This document shows positions 12,263 to 25,300 of a DNA stretch of 37,423 nt, piece after piece (positions within the stretch are counted from its first letter, which is position 1; every line of letters starts with the position of its first letter). Location: assembly GCA_964255285.1 (NCBI GenBank), contig CAXUUL010000073.1, forward strand, positions 1 to 37,423, in the 5' to 3' direction. A program made the position numbers and the translations under genes. Origin of the DNA: Ionaspis alba (Eukaryota). The notes beneath the pieces were generated by a model that did not search any database, was not told the origin of the DNA, and was given only the letters and a program-made list of their open reading frames with translations.

Positions 12263-14112
12263 ATGATAACGGCAACGCGAAAATGGCTTCGGCGCAATCG
12301 CACCAACTTCGCTATCGGATTGGGCATTCTGGGCGCCGGATATGTGGCTGGGCACTACATTTTGAACAAGATCTCGGAGACCAGAGAGCGCATGAGCAGT
12401 GATCGAATTGCCCGGGAGAAGTGGAGATATTTACCAAGTACTATGCTTGTCCATTTCGCTAATCCCTCGCAGTTTGCGTCGTCGTTTCCAACAAAATCAG
12501 GAGGACTGCACTTTCACTGTACTCGCGCTTCTCCCAACGGCTGCAGAAAACATCCTAGAGGCTCTACCGGTGGAGAACATTACTCATGAGTTACAACAAC
12601 AGAAAGCCGAGAGGCTAGGGAGAAGCATTGGAGCATCGGATCTTGCTCCTTCTGAACTCTCGTCTGGTTCGCCCAGCGTCAACGGGGAAGACGGCAAAAG
12701 TCTATCGAGCTTCCAAACGGAGAGCTTCATGCATACAAGTCAAATGGGAGCTTCGATTGCTAGTAATGGTGATAGTGGGTCACCCAGGTCGAAAAAAAGC
12801 AAAGCCCAATTGTGGAGCGAATTGAAGATTAGCTGTTCGTATCACTGCGCTCGAGCATTGTACCTGGCTGATGGTTTACAGCGATAACGAGGTCTTTCAC
12901 CTTGATCTATACCTTATCACTCCTTACCCTTCTCACTCGGATCCAATTAAATCTCCTTGGACGTCGAAACTACCTGTCCAGCGTTATTTCTTTAGCATCA
13001 CACACCCAGAATGAATCTGCCATAAGTCTCGAGAACAATGACGATGATCGAGCCGAAAATTCTCTTGGCAATGACTTTGAAACAAACCGCAAGTTTCTCA
13101 CATATAGCTGGTGGCTTTTGCACAAAGGATGGAGAAACATAATGGAGAAAGTAGAAGCCGCCGTGAAAGAAGTCTTCGGCCCACTCAACCCGCGCGAGGA
13201 CATCTCCTTCGAGAAGCTCTCGAGCCTACTCGTCGAAGTACGAAAAAAGGTTGAAGGCTCTACAGAAGAAGAACGAAGGTACTTATTTATACCTTTGCCT
13301 AACAGGGGAACACACTGATTAACAACTCACCCAGAACACACAAATGGCTGCCCTACCTCCTCCCACCCCAAGACCAAGAATCTTACGTATTACACGAATC
13401 TGGCATGACTAATACACCTCCCTCCACATCCTCCGTCTCCCTATCCCCACCCTCACCACCTCAAACGCCGCCCCAACCGTTCACCGCGACGACCTCCGAT
13501 CCCCTCCGCCGCCTCCTAGACGAAACCTCCGACCTCATCGACTCCCCCACATTCACCCACATCCACACCCTCCTCCTAGACACCCTCTTCTCGCACCTCA
13601 CTGACCACACTCTCCGAAGCCAAGCCTTCAAACTACCCACCACCAACCAAGAGCCTCTAGATCCGAACGTCCGCGTCCAAGATGTCTCAGACATGCCTGC
13701 CGACCCGATGCAAACGAAAGCTAAACTCGCGACCATTCTCGCGGTCGCCACGCGCCAGGCACACGTTATTGGCAACGGCGTTCCGAATCAGTACGTGCAA
13801 GCCATGGAGGGCGTACGCGAACTGGAGGCGTTTGCGGCGGTGGTTTATAGCAGCAATTTTGCTGTTGAAGGTGTTATGGCTGCAGATGTTGGCGGTGAGG
13901 GCGTTACGGAAGGAGGGAAGGCGAGAATGGTGGATGTACCTCAAGAAGGTGTTGCTGAGGGAGATTTAGTGGATCAGGGTGAAGGGAAGTTCGAGCGGGT
14001 GGAGGGACCACAGGAAGGGATCATGGGAGCTGTGGCTGCGAAGACGTGGGGTGTTTGGGAAAGTGTTTGGGGGAGGGTTGTTGGTGCTAGTGGAGATGGG
14101 ATTGTGGGTTGA
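12263..14112 (+). CDS. PEX3: Peroxin-3. Exons 12263-12420, 12473-12834, 12882-13278, 13335-14112
   Basis: N-terminal WLRRNR plus TM anchor; ARENLRRRFQQNQEDCTFTVLALLP; KAQLWSELKI; TRIQLNLLGRRNYL; FLTYSWWLLHKGW; LLDETSDLIDSP; FAAVVYSSNF. Confidence 0.95.
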
Positions 14113-14406
14113 GGGAGTTGGGGTTGCGAAGAGGTTGCTTGAGTGGGATCTCGTTGGAATTGGGACAGGAGAGTGTAAGACTACCACGAGAGCATTATTG
14201 GCGCGGCGTTTACGGACGTTTGCCATTACTAGCTACTAATGTTGGATATCTGATGAAATCGACTGTTTTGAGTGATGGCTACCTATTCGTGAAGCCAGTA
14301 AATCCTCGATTGGTAGTTAAGTCTATGACCACGTCGCCACAGACTATGCTCTTTGCGTAGATTGGCCATCATAACCTCATTTACCATCAGGCCTGGAGTT
14401 CAACTT

Positions 14407-15418
14407 TTATCGTCGACTAGTCGATCCAAATCCCGAACTTGTATACCTCGTCGACGAAAACGATGATCCCGAAGACCCAGACGAACTCGTTCTTGCGCCT
14501 CTCCCCGACGAGCTCCCCTCCCCATGGTCATTATCATCCCAGAATGTCCTTGTCGGCTGGGATCCCGCCATGCCCTGGCCCCGCTGCTGTCCTCTATTCC
14601 CCGCCATATACCCCGCAGCAGCTCCGCCCAGCGCTCCAGTCCAGAAGCCTGGCCTCCATCCCTCCTGGCCTGGTGCACCACGTGGTGCAGAAGGTTTAGG
14701 ATGGTAATCGTAAGGAGGAGGCGGGTCGTCGTTACCTCCGCCTCCGCCGCCTCCGCCCCATCCTCCCCAAGGATTGTTATTACCTCCTCTTCTTATCCCA
14801 ACAGCTCGTCGATCGCGAATGAAAACCGCGTAGATCATCCACCCGACCACACCAATAAAGATCCCCCAAAACACGAGAGCGGGCCACTCTATCCCCTTGC
14901 CTTTGTACCCATCGAACAAGCCAGGACCACCCTTTCCGTACCTCTCTTCCCCGAGCTCCGTAAGCATAAGCCTGTATTCCACTCCACAGCTGCCTTTCAG
15001 CACGTAAGGATCCTTGGAGGACTCATACCCCTCGCAGATCACGTCTGTGGAACCGAGTTTGAATTCTGCGGGCAGGGAGGCGGTGCATGTCCATTGGATG
15101 TTCTCGGCGTCGTAGTCGGAGCCTTGGTTTTTGCAGCGTAGGACGTCGATTGTGTAGAGTCCTTTGGCGGAGCCGCCTACGCATTTCAGCTATGCGGGGG
15201 TTAGTGTTGTTCATGATTTGGGGAATAGAAAGGGCAAGAGTGGAACAAACTTGTGGTACAGCTGGTACGCGTCGATGGCTTGTTTTGAGGCCATCGCGCA
15301 AAGTGAGGGTTTTGACGGTGGAGAGAAGGATACTATTGGCGGGGGCGCGGGCTGCGAGAAGTGGCGTGGAGAGAAATAAGGTAAGGAGTGCAGGGTAGAG
15401 TAAGGTGATGAACTTCAT
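14407..15418 (-). CDS. SARAF: Store-operated calcium entry-associated regulatory factor (SARAF/TMEM66, DUF1183). Exons 15418-15251, 15189-14407
   Basis: Signal peptide; ILLSTVKTLTLR..KTSHRRVPAVPQLKCVGG; CKNQGSDYD..IQWTC; VICEGYESSKDPYVLKGSCGVEYRL; TM helix; GFWTGALGGAAAGY; C-terminal SSGFGSTSRR. Confidence 0.93.
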
Positions 15419-15705
15419 GGTGGGTATCTCTAAAGATCGTGATGCTTTCGACTCATGTCTGAGATCTCCTACGAAGTCTCGAGTGAATTTGACAGTCCAC
15501 AACAGAGGCTCTTTGAAGATCTTGACACGTTCCCTTTTTTGTATGGCAAGCCGTTTGACAGCGGGGGGTAATATCATCCCTGTCGGACATGGGCCGCGAA
15601 CTCTATTTTGAGCCTCTAAAGATGTCCCATGTCTTGGCATTCGCTTCCCGCCGGGTACGTTTTTGAAGAACGTTATTGAAAGAAGAACAGACAATTGCGA
15701 ATAGG

Positions 15706-17445
15706 ATGAGGGAAAGAATTACCTTCATCCACGACGAGGAGAATGGTTTTGATCCCGACCAGCTTCGTCTCGACAACAATACATTACATATTGGTGGCTT
15801 GAAAGCAGTTCGAGAAGATCGACTTACGTTTAGCTTGCAGGAATTGCCACAGGAGGTAGAGACGGTTGTTTTTTCGCCAATACAAATTGTTGTTAATCAT
15901 TTGCGTACAGTTATGGCGAGCTTTGAAGCAGTGCCACGAGCTCCATATCCGATGGTCTTCTCGTTCCACGTACCCATCAAGTTCCCCTTTCAACGCTAGA
16001 ATTTCTCCTGGCTTGCATATATTCTTTACTCCGCAAAGAAATCGTTCGGCGTATGTAAGATTGCTTCCTAGTCAGTTAACACATCGAACCATCATTGACT
16101 TCATGAAGTGATCTTCTTTGCCCCTTACTCAGGAAAGCGTTTGGAGAACAGATCAAGTGTGTTTCTCCTGAGGTATTGGGCCTTTTTAATGGAAACCCAT
16201 GATTCGTATGCTTACCCTCTGCGCTAGGAGACCTTCACTAAATTACCAGTAATATCAGAGCGCTTTACATCCTCCGCGGCATATCAGTATTACCGATTAG
16301 TACCATCTTTGCAAGATCTTGTCACGTATATGCAGCAAAAGATATGTCTAGAGTATGGATCAGCCTGCTTGACAAAGACGGAGAATCTATTAAGTGCGGA
16401 CTATCTCGATCTCGATTTTGATACAATCTCTCAAGCATTGATCTTGACGACTTTTCGACATGAGCCTTCTAACTCGATGACTGGATGGTTGGAGCAGATT
16501 GAGAATTACGATGGCGCTGCGAAAGTTGAGGTCGGTATACTGGCAAATGAGAAGCCGATTGAGCAGGAAGAGTTATCTTTAGGTGGCTTCCTGTCCATCA
16601 TCGGCGAAGATGAGAAGCCCAGTAGGCAGCCTCCGATAGAGAAATAGAACTTACTGCGGTACTTTACTAATCAAAGCCTAGATCCAACACGATTTTCGTT
16701 TCCTTCTAGACACCACGAATCACTCTATGGTTCCCAATCAACATATCGAACCAGTTTCGTTCCTCCTATTGGTCTCCACCCCACAATGCGACTGACTTTC
16801 CCATCATCCTTGATGGCACCTCCAACAGAGAGTTGTACACTTCATAGCTATCTCACCCTTCCATCCACGCTCTTTCCCGACAAATACCAACTCTCTGCCC
16901 CTCTGTTCCTAGCCTCGAAGAACCTACGCTCAATCCGCTCCATTTCCGGCGAGACTGATCTCGAAGCTCCTGAATGGGCGATTAAAAAATGGGGATCTGC
17001 AATGCTGCTTGAGCTCGCTCCTCCAACAGCGTCAGCTGGTGATGGCCCATGGCATGCCGACATCCCACTACATCTACGCTACCTTGCTGCCTCTCAAGGC
17101 GGCGTGGGCTATGCGAAGATCCCTTGGCCAGTAGTTTTCTGGGCCTGTTCGGCGGAAGAGGGGACGAAGATGAGCACCAATCCTTTTGATCGGGTGAATC
17201 TTGGGTACGATGGACTGTTTGGGCCTAGAACTATGTTCTTTCATCTTCGACCTGATACTAAAGCTTTCGGTGAGCTTGTGGAGACATTGAATGTGCCGAC
17301 TCTTGATCAGGATAGAACGGCTCGATTGGACTCGGCGACTGTGGTTGTAGTATTATTGGGATTTCTGTGGGTGCTCTGGAAGCTGGTCGTGGTATCGCTT
17401 CAGAAGGATGGTGCTCGGGATAATTCGATGAAGAAAACGAATTGA
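15706..17445 (+). CDS. PBN1: Pbn1/PIG-X, GPI mannosyltransferase I subunit. Exons 15706-15855, 15911-16050, 16109-16172, 16228-16621, 16682-17445
   Basis: MRERITFIH; ELHIRW; SPGLHIFFTP; FSFPSRHH; GLHPTMRL; CTLHSYLTLPSTLFPDKYQL; GETDLEAPEW..WGS; IPLHLRYL; PWPVVFWAC; NPFDRVNLGYDGLFG; C-terminal TM helix and KKxx end. Confidence 0.92.
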
Positions 17446-18148
17446 TGATGAAGCCTTATGCTAAGAAATCTTCGTTAGAAAGGCCCAGTATTATGAACTC
17501 CTATCTTCCATTCTTCAGGTGGTCAAGAAGTGCGAAAAAGTATGATATCGCGAAGGGTAGATATAGTACAGAATGGAAAGATGTGCGTCAATCCAGCAAG
17601 AGCGAAGCCATTCATCTCGCACAGCGACGGACTAAAATTTGACCCGCCAGAACATAGCAGCAACACTCGACCACACAGCAGGGAAATACCAATCCCAGAT
17701 TTTAGCGGAGCCATTCTAGCATTGGGGAACAATTCGTGCTCAGTGGGTGATGGCCTACGCCGTCGTTTACTAAATCTCCAGGGACATGAATAGACCTTCA
17801 GTTGTCAAAATCTTGCTGAACATTCAAACAGACGCGGCTATCGCCATGACAAGCGAGCGGCAGAAAAGCCCAGTGAAGCACTTTGAAGCCAAACAGGGAT
17901 ACAAACCCTAGTAACTCGTTGATTGAGGAAGCCTCCTGACTCAACGGCTGTTAAGTCTGTATGTGCCGCTTTTCATGTCAACCACTTCAGTGCATCCAGC
18001 ATCGGAAAATGTATCAGGCCGCAATCTGTCATCCGTAATTCATGGCCTATATACAAATTTTTCAAGCCAGGAAAGCCATCGCCTAACGCCATATGATTTA
18101 CCCGTATATACAATTGATCGTGTGTTTGTCATTTCCACCGTGTTTTTC

Positions 18149-18877
18149 TTATCGAGGTTTCGTCTCTGGTATCCACGCATCGATTTTTGGCTTTACACTG
18201 TAGAACACAACACATCAGCAGAGTCCCATCTCTACCATGTAAATCCATTTGCTGGAAGCCGAATCCAACTGCTCAGTCACATGGCTGCGTCTTCTTAGAA
18301 GTATAATAGGTGGAGGAAGACCTACGTAGAGTACGGTCTATAAGCCGCCCTCGTTGCCGTCAAATTCGGCCGATGTTCTGGTAACTCCCATGTCCGCTGT
18401 CCAGCTCGTAGTAGCGGATCTTCAGTGGGAGGCTTGTCGACTAGGTAGGACATCCAGGCGTGCCAGCCAGGTTCAATTTGATCTCTATACAGATAAGGAG
18501 GTTGTGTCAGTCAATCGACCTAGGCGAGAAATCTGGTGATAGAAGGAGATCGAGCAGCAGTAGTGGATGAGAATTGGACTCAGAGTGCCTGGGGACTAAC
18601 GGGTTGTATTCCTTGTCTTTATAGTCCACCCATCGTGTCCGCACTGTAGATGCATCAGCGACTGTTGCTCTTCTCTCAACCCAGCAGGCGTTTGTTAGGG
18701 TGAGATCAGTGGCGTACAAGGAAGTTCCTGCTCTAGGTTCTCGTAGTATTTGTTTCCGTAGCTATCGGTGGCAATGTATGTGCCCGCCTTAGTGTCGCCA
18801 ATATACTGCATCTGGTGTAGGTAGTCCCGTATGCCTATCTTGCGGAGATTCCGCAAAGTGCGCATAATTGTAGACAT
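18149..18877 (-). CDS. NDUFA12: NADH:ubiquinone oxidoreductase subunit NDUFA12 (N7BM/B17.2). Exons 18877-18718, 18643-18601, 18484-18326, 18197-18149
   Basis: IGDTKAGTYIATDSYGNKYYEN; LRTRWVDY; QIEPGWHAWMSYLVDKPP; PNLT.T.AAYRPYSTVKPKIDAW. Confidence 0.93.
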
Positions 18878-19488
18878 GGCTACTGAGAAGAGAGAAGAAA
18901 GTCCGGTGGGAATAATGGTTTGGTTGTTGCTAAAGCAAGGTTGATCTGCAAGTGCCTCATATTGAGGTCGGGGTCGAACTGCGGGATTCCGATGCACGTG
19001 ATTTACCATGACTTTCAGCTACCATTTCTCTACTCTCTCACGTAGGTAAACAATGCTTTGTTATGAATACACCTTTCATCCTTCAAGTAGATCCAGGTGC
19101 TTTACGCGAAGTAGAATGAAAGCATGCAATTGATGAATGGATGGATGGTTCTGTATCGCGAGGGGACTTCCATGATGCTCCGTGGCGAGAAGCGCCGGCC
19201 ATGCAATAAACCAACATCGCTAATAAACACTTTTGATGCGCAAAGTGTTGCGAAGGTTTCTCTCTCTCTCTCTGCCTTGACTAAGCTAGCTTTATCCACT
19301 TCTAGATTGGCGTTGCCGCTCCGGAGTACGACTGCCGCATGAGACCCAGTCCTCTTGGGTAGGCTATATCGTCCTGGCCCTTCTCAATGAGTATGACTAT
19401 CTACCTTGGGACCATTCTCGGAGTTTGGAAACGTGCAAGTGATTGAATCAGAATACGAGGAAGAGGTTGATCGCAACACCATGCCACT

Positions 19489-21402
19489 TCACTCAATTGC
19501 CTTAACTCGACAGCCATCTGTGCTTGCGACGACAAGAGTGACTTCTTGTTTTTCAGCACCCACAGCAATACGTGCATCCCTAGAGTCCAATTCAAAGCCC
19601 CGGAACTTTTGTAGTATCCGTACAGTAACGTATCCAGCCTCGAGCAGTCCAAAGTCCTCTGTTTATGGATCAGTCTTAGAAACGTCTGCAAGGACACACC
19701 TGGGGGAAAACACTTACGTCCTAAGCAAAGCCTCGGACCTCCGTTGAAGGGCAGATAGCCCCAGCCTATGTTTTTCAGATCGACTTCGTTATCCACATCA
19801 GGGTCCCAACGTTCTGGACGGAAGGAATCCGCGTCTTCACCATAGAGTTTCTTGAGCCGGTGCATTGCATAGACAGAATATCCTACAGCTTCGCCTTTCC
19901 TGATCATGAGGGGCTGCGTGCCATCAGGGCCGCCCCCTGTAGGAATAGCGGTCGTCTCGAGTGCAGTTCGAGAATTGATTGGTACTGAAGGGTAGAGACG
20001 GAGCACTGCGGATAACGTTAGCCGTCGAATGCCTTCCTGAGGTGAACATAAAATACCTTCTTTCAAGACCAGGGTGAGGTATTTCATCCTCCTCAGCAGG
20101 TTCCTGTTCGGTAATCTCGAGTCTTTGCCTACACCAGCGACAGAGCTGATCTCCTCTCTGAGTTTTTCAAGGACACGAGGATGTTGCGCCAGAAGTCGAC
20201 TGTGAGTTAAGTTAGCAAGTAGGCCAGTATGCAACGTTAGCCACACAATAACATACAAAGTCCACGTCAAGCAGCATGCTGTGGTATCCCTGCCGGCAAG
20301 CATGACGTTCAAGAGCTGGTCGCGCAAGACTCTTGGATCACGTGTTTCCTTGATCAGAGCATCCAGGAAGCTATGCATATCTGCAGATTTGCTATCTTGG
20401 TATTCAGCCGAGAGAGCCTCTTGCACCGCTTCGTCAATGAACTTGTGCACAATTGAGCAATGTCGTCGAAAACCTTTGGTGTCAATCAGCCAGTACAGAT
20501 CCCCGAGACGTCCTCGACGGAAGAGGTAATCCTGAGATATGCGAAAAGACTCTGCAAACTCAGCTTCCCGAGCGCTGGCAGCATGTTGCGTTGAGTTTGC
20601 CTGTAAAGAGTTCATTGATTTGCCGAATAGGAGATATGTAGTCGTGTCAAATGTGAATTGAAAGAACAAAGGTTGGAGATCGATAATTTCAGCCGTCGGT
20701 ATACAGCCGACTAAATGTTCTGTGTGTTCCTCTACCTGAGTGAAGATGTTTGCACGATTGAGCGAGAATAGGGGTCGTAACATGTCACGAGAGTGCTTCC
20801 ATGGTGAAGCGTCTTGTGTAAATATTCCGTTCCCAAGGAGAGGTGCAAAAGTTGGTCGACGAGCGCCAAGTCCGTATGCTGTCATTGCACATTAGTCATT
20901 GATCTATCCCTCGACTTTACGATCATTAATTGAGAATAAAAGGCCAAACAACTTACCTGCAAAATTTGTAGACAAGATGGATTCAATGTTCTCCGGTTCA
21001 ATAGTATCAATACCTTTAGCTCCCAGGACATTCTGCTCGAAGGTCGGCCCAGTCTGATCGAAAAGCTGAACAAACCACTGCAGGATCTGCTTCTCTGCGA
21101 TTATGCGGAAAGCATCGAAGACCAAATCTAGCGCGAGCGGCCATCTGTAATAAAGCAGACGTGGACGGCCGCAATTATTCTTTTTTTGAAATTGTGTCTC
21201 AGACTGCGACCGAGTGTCAACTCGAGTTGGTACATCCAGTGCTGTGACTTACACGTTTTGTGATTGCCCATTGTGTCAAAAAGTAGAGCAAGAGAGCCGG
21301 CAAGACAAGAGTCGTGATCAGGCTGATGGATGTACGCTGGCGTTCACCAGTGACAAATGCTGCTTTATAGGTGCTAGTGCTATTCAGCGACGTCAGTGAC
21401 AT
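19489..21402 (-). CDS. Cytochrome P450, CYP52 clan (alkane/fatty-acid hydroxylase-like). Exons 21402-21253, 21203-20957, 20878-20257, 20199-20057, 20005-19718, 19658-19489
   Basis: N-terminal TM; TIEPENIESILST; FAPLLGNGIFTQD..WKHSR; I-helix AGRDTT; ExxR (KEVLRLYP, split by an intron); FRPERW; haem motif PFNGGPRLCLG. Confidence 0.92.
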
Positions 21403-22314
21403 TGCCGCGATGCTCACACGGTATTTCCTGGCATATAAAAACAGTGGAAAGTGTGCTGTACAGTTGGATGCGGGAAGCTTGGAAATAACTGTTGCTTTCG
21501 AGAGACTTACTAGCGGGTCGAGGCGCTGGTATCTAAGCTCCGTAAGGTTAGAGACGATTTGCTTCGGACCTAATGATAGCCATTGGCGATGGAGTTCAAA
21601 CAGCCCTTTTCTTGTCGTCAATGCAGCGCATGCGAGAAGGTCAATCCTCTTCGCTAAACTGTTGGGCTGTATCCAACCAAAGTCGAGATACGTCTCCACA
21701 CCAAGCCGCGGACCTCCTGTAATCTTCCGCTAAGCGCCGTGAAAATTGGAGACAATCCTTGTTTGCAGCTTCACCCGCTGCTCATTGGAGTCTGCCCGGC
21801 GGCTGACACAGAGAGGGCCGCCAATCCCTGTCGATAAAGATCAGCAAAACGACAGGGTCGGCCAGGCTTGGGTCGTTGCTACATGATTTGTGCTAGAGAT
21901 GTGGATGAACAAGAAGTCGTTGCCCCAGGCTGCCCCATAAGTGGGAACCAAAGAAGTGCACAAAAGACTCCGTACAGATCCCAATGCTTTTATGTCAAAC
22001 TATTGAGGCGCTGGTCAGCTTGTCCAAATTCCCAGATCTGCAATCTGCATGATTGATTGTCTCCATATGTCACCACCAACATTGGAACATATATTTACTT
22101 TTTGCATATCGACCACTGGTTTTATCTAGTTCCTCACTACCAAATTGCGACAGAATGAGACATTCTAAGATCGATGTTCGACAGTCGGTTGATATTTAAT
22201 TCTTACCATCTTATCACTGAAAGAAATTCACGTAATTCTGACAGGCAGAACATTAACCGCCTGTTGCTTGAGCACGACCGTCAAATTTCGATGTCGTCAT
22301 AATCACATTCAGTG

Positions 22315-25300
22315 ATGGACCCATTTTCCATTGTGGTTGGCAGTGCTTCGCTGGCACAGTTGAGTGTACAGCTTGGCCAGTACCTCAAAAACATCTATGA
22401 TACCGCTGTCTCATTCGAAGAGGACCTAGGATCTTTGCTATCTGAAGTCCAAGATCTCGAGTCGGTCAACAAATCGATTGAACATTTCCATAAAAGCGAA
22501 GTTCGTGGATATGCTGCTGAGCAGTCGAGCCTTCCACATGAGGAACAAGAGATCTGGCGTAACACCATCAACACTTTGCAAAGTTGCTCAAAAACGGTGA
22601 AGAGGTTGCAAAATGTACTGCAGGATATAATAGGGAAGAAAGGGCTCAAAGTGACAGGGTGGCGGGATGGAGTCAAAAAGGCATTGAGAAAGCAGGCAAA
22701 AGATGGCGCAATTAGTGAGATCCGGCTCCAGCTTTCATCTCATCGGGCAAGCCTCAACGTGTACCTAACCCTGTTCAGCCTGTAAGACTCATTCTCCGTC
22801 GGTATGTTCTCTCCTGATGCGGAACAGGAGTTGCGCACAGAATGGCTCTAGAGAGGCTCAAAATCTCGGGTTTCAACTGCATAGGCAACTCACTTATCTA
22901 GCATCAAGACTCCCCTCTGATGATGCAGACAATGTGGGTTGAGATCATTCAATTGAAGTCGCACAAAGCTGACGGATGCAGCTGCATCAGTCTTTCCGTT
23001 CTGCGACTACCATTGCATCAGCACTTCACCTGAACAAACATTTTGACACACCAAAAGCTGTCTCCAGTATCTTCACAGGCAGGGAGATGTATCTGACCGG
23101 ACTCAAACGAGCGTATGACGCCTCACATGTATTATCCGAAGACACATCCATTCGCAAACGGTTCGTCGTATTCGGTATTGGTGGCTCTGGCAAGACCCAA
23201 TTCTGTTGCAAGTTTGCTTTAGAAAATAAACAACGGTAATGTCTACATGCTCTACAGACATCGACCTTTTTAACCTTGTTCAGCTTCTGGGGCGTGTTCA
23301 CTGTCGATGCTAGCTCACCCGGAAATGCTCAGCAAAGCTTCATTGCGATCGCCAAAGCTTGTGGGACTGAACCGAACGAGCGCGCAGCAAGAAGCTGGCT
23401 ATCAAGCAGTGATCGTCCTTGGTTGCTCCTTATTGACAACGCCGATGACACTAACCTCGAGGTTGAAAAGTATCTACCCGATGGTGAACACGGCTTGACA
23501 CTCATTACCACTCGAAACCCTTCGGTGAAGATGCACGGCACAATTGGCGAAGGTTACTATCATTTTGACCGACTAGAAGATGACGAAGCGAATGAGCTAC
23601 TTCTGAGAGCAGCTGACAACCATGAACCTCGGACGCCCACCATATTACGATTAGCATCCGCGATCACCAGAAAACTTGGGGCCTTGCCTTTGGCGCTCGT
23701 ACACGCAGGCAAGGCAATCAAGGCAAGACTTTGTGACTTGGCGAATTACAACTCCTACTATGAACGCAGTTGGCAGATGATTCGCCAAAGCCAACACGTA
23801 CCAGGGCAAGATGAGGATGATTCCGACTACATGAAGGTCTACGCAAGCTACGAAATTGTATTTCGAGGCCTGGAAGCCGTAAGATTACGAAGATACAGAG
23901 ACGCAGTGCAACTTCTCAAGCTTTTCTCGTTTCTACACTATGAACACATTCCATTCGAATTCCTGGTAGCAGCTGTGAAGCACCCAAGGCTGCAGCGAGA
24001 AGCTGATGCTGCGTCGGAACAAACAATTCAATTGGCAGTTTCTCAACCCTCAACGTGGCATACTAGGGCATGGCCAAAACACTTCAGAACCGTGATCGAT
24101 CTAGTCAAAAGGAAACAGTTCTTCAATCAAAATCCATTTATCTTACCAACGTTCCTCCGAGACGCAGAACTGTCCAATAACTCTGACGATTTCAATGTTC
24201 GACTACGCGAAGCTCTGCTTGTCCTCACCGAATTGTCATTGATCACTTATTACGAGAATTCCGATAGCTATTCAATGCACCCTTTGGTCCACACATGGGT
24301 GCGCGAGAGACCACAAATGACTGTCCGTGCCCAAGCAGTTTGGTGTGAAGCGGCGCTGCATACACTCTCGCATTGCATACTGCTTCCGCCTCTGAGCGAG
24401 ACAGTCGACTCTCATGCAAGCTTAGCGCGCAAGCTACTCCCTCACATCATCTCTGTGGGCAAGCTTCAGCAGAAAATTGAAGAAGAGTTTGTGAGCAACA
24501 GGAAGCAACGCAGCAGACCTTGGCCGCCTCTGCAAACACAAATGTGTCCTTGGAGAGCAATTTTCTTGGCTAAATCCGCCGTTGTGTATTCCGAATGTGG
24601 TTTTTTTGGGGAAGCTGAAGCCTCTCTCCGAGTTGTGTTGGATTTCAATATCAAATACTTGGGCCCGAACCATCCCAGAACAGAAAGAGTGGCTCTTGTA
24701 GTATCCGACTGCTTATGGCAGCAAGGCCGTGTCAAAGATGCAGCGGACCTCCAGGAACTATATCTCCAGCGCAATTTGAATCATTTGGGCCCAAATGATC
24801 CTCGAACACTACGGCTTATGGACAAACTCGGTGAAAGTCGCCGGAGCCAAGGTCGGTTCGCTGAGTCAATGGAACTCCTGACGCAAGCCGTGCATGGGAT
24901 GAAATGCCAGCTTCCAACCTCGGATCCAGCTATTTATCATGCTCTGGAACAGCTCGGTATTACCTTGAGGTCTTGCTTCCGCCTCGAGGATGCTTGTTCG
25001 TACCTAGAACAAGCGAAAGCTGGTATGGAAAGATATCTAGGTGAGAATGACATGAGGACGCTTGTCACCACAGAGGAACTGGCAATCACATACAAAGACC
25101 TTGCAGTCACGCTTTTAACATCGAATCTCCGACTTGCGACACAATATTTGGAGACTGCGTATGCGCATGCAACCCTCGTTCTTAAACAACGCAGAGAACA
25201 AATCGGCGATCGGCAGCCACACACTTGGATCGCCCAAGGAACCGTCGGCCGCATCAAAGCTGCCATGGGCGACGTTACCACTGCCGAGCAGATATTCAGC

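Noticed and set aside
17446..18148. Short ORFs between PBN1 and NDUFA12
   Set aside because: No motifs or convincing splice structure; likely the 3' UTRs of convergent genes.
19259..19273. (TC)n microsatellite
   Set aside because: Short and ordinary.
21403..21699. In-frame upstream extension of the P450 ORF
   Set aside because: It starts at GTG, has no recognisable motif, and the ATG at 21402 already precedes the expected TM anchor.
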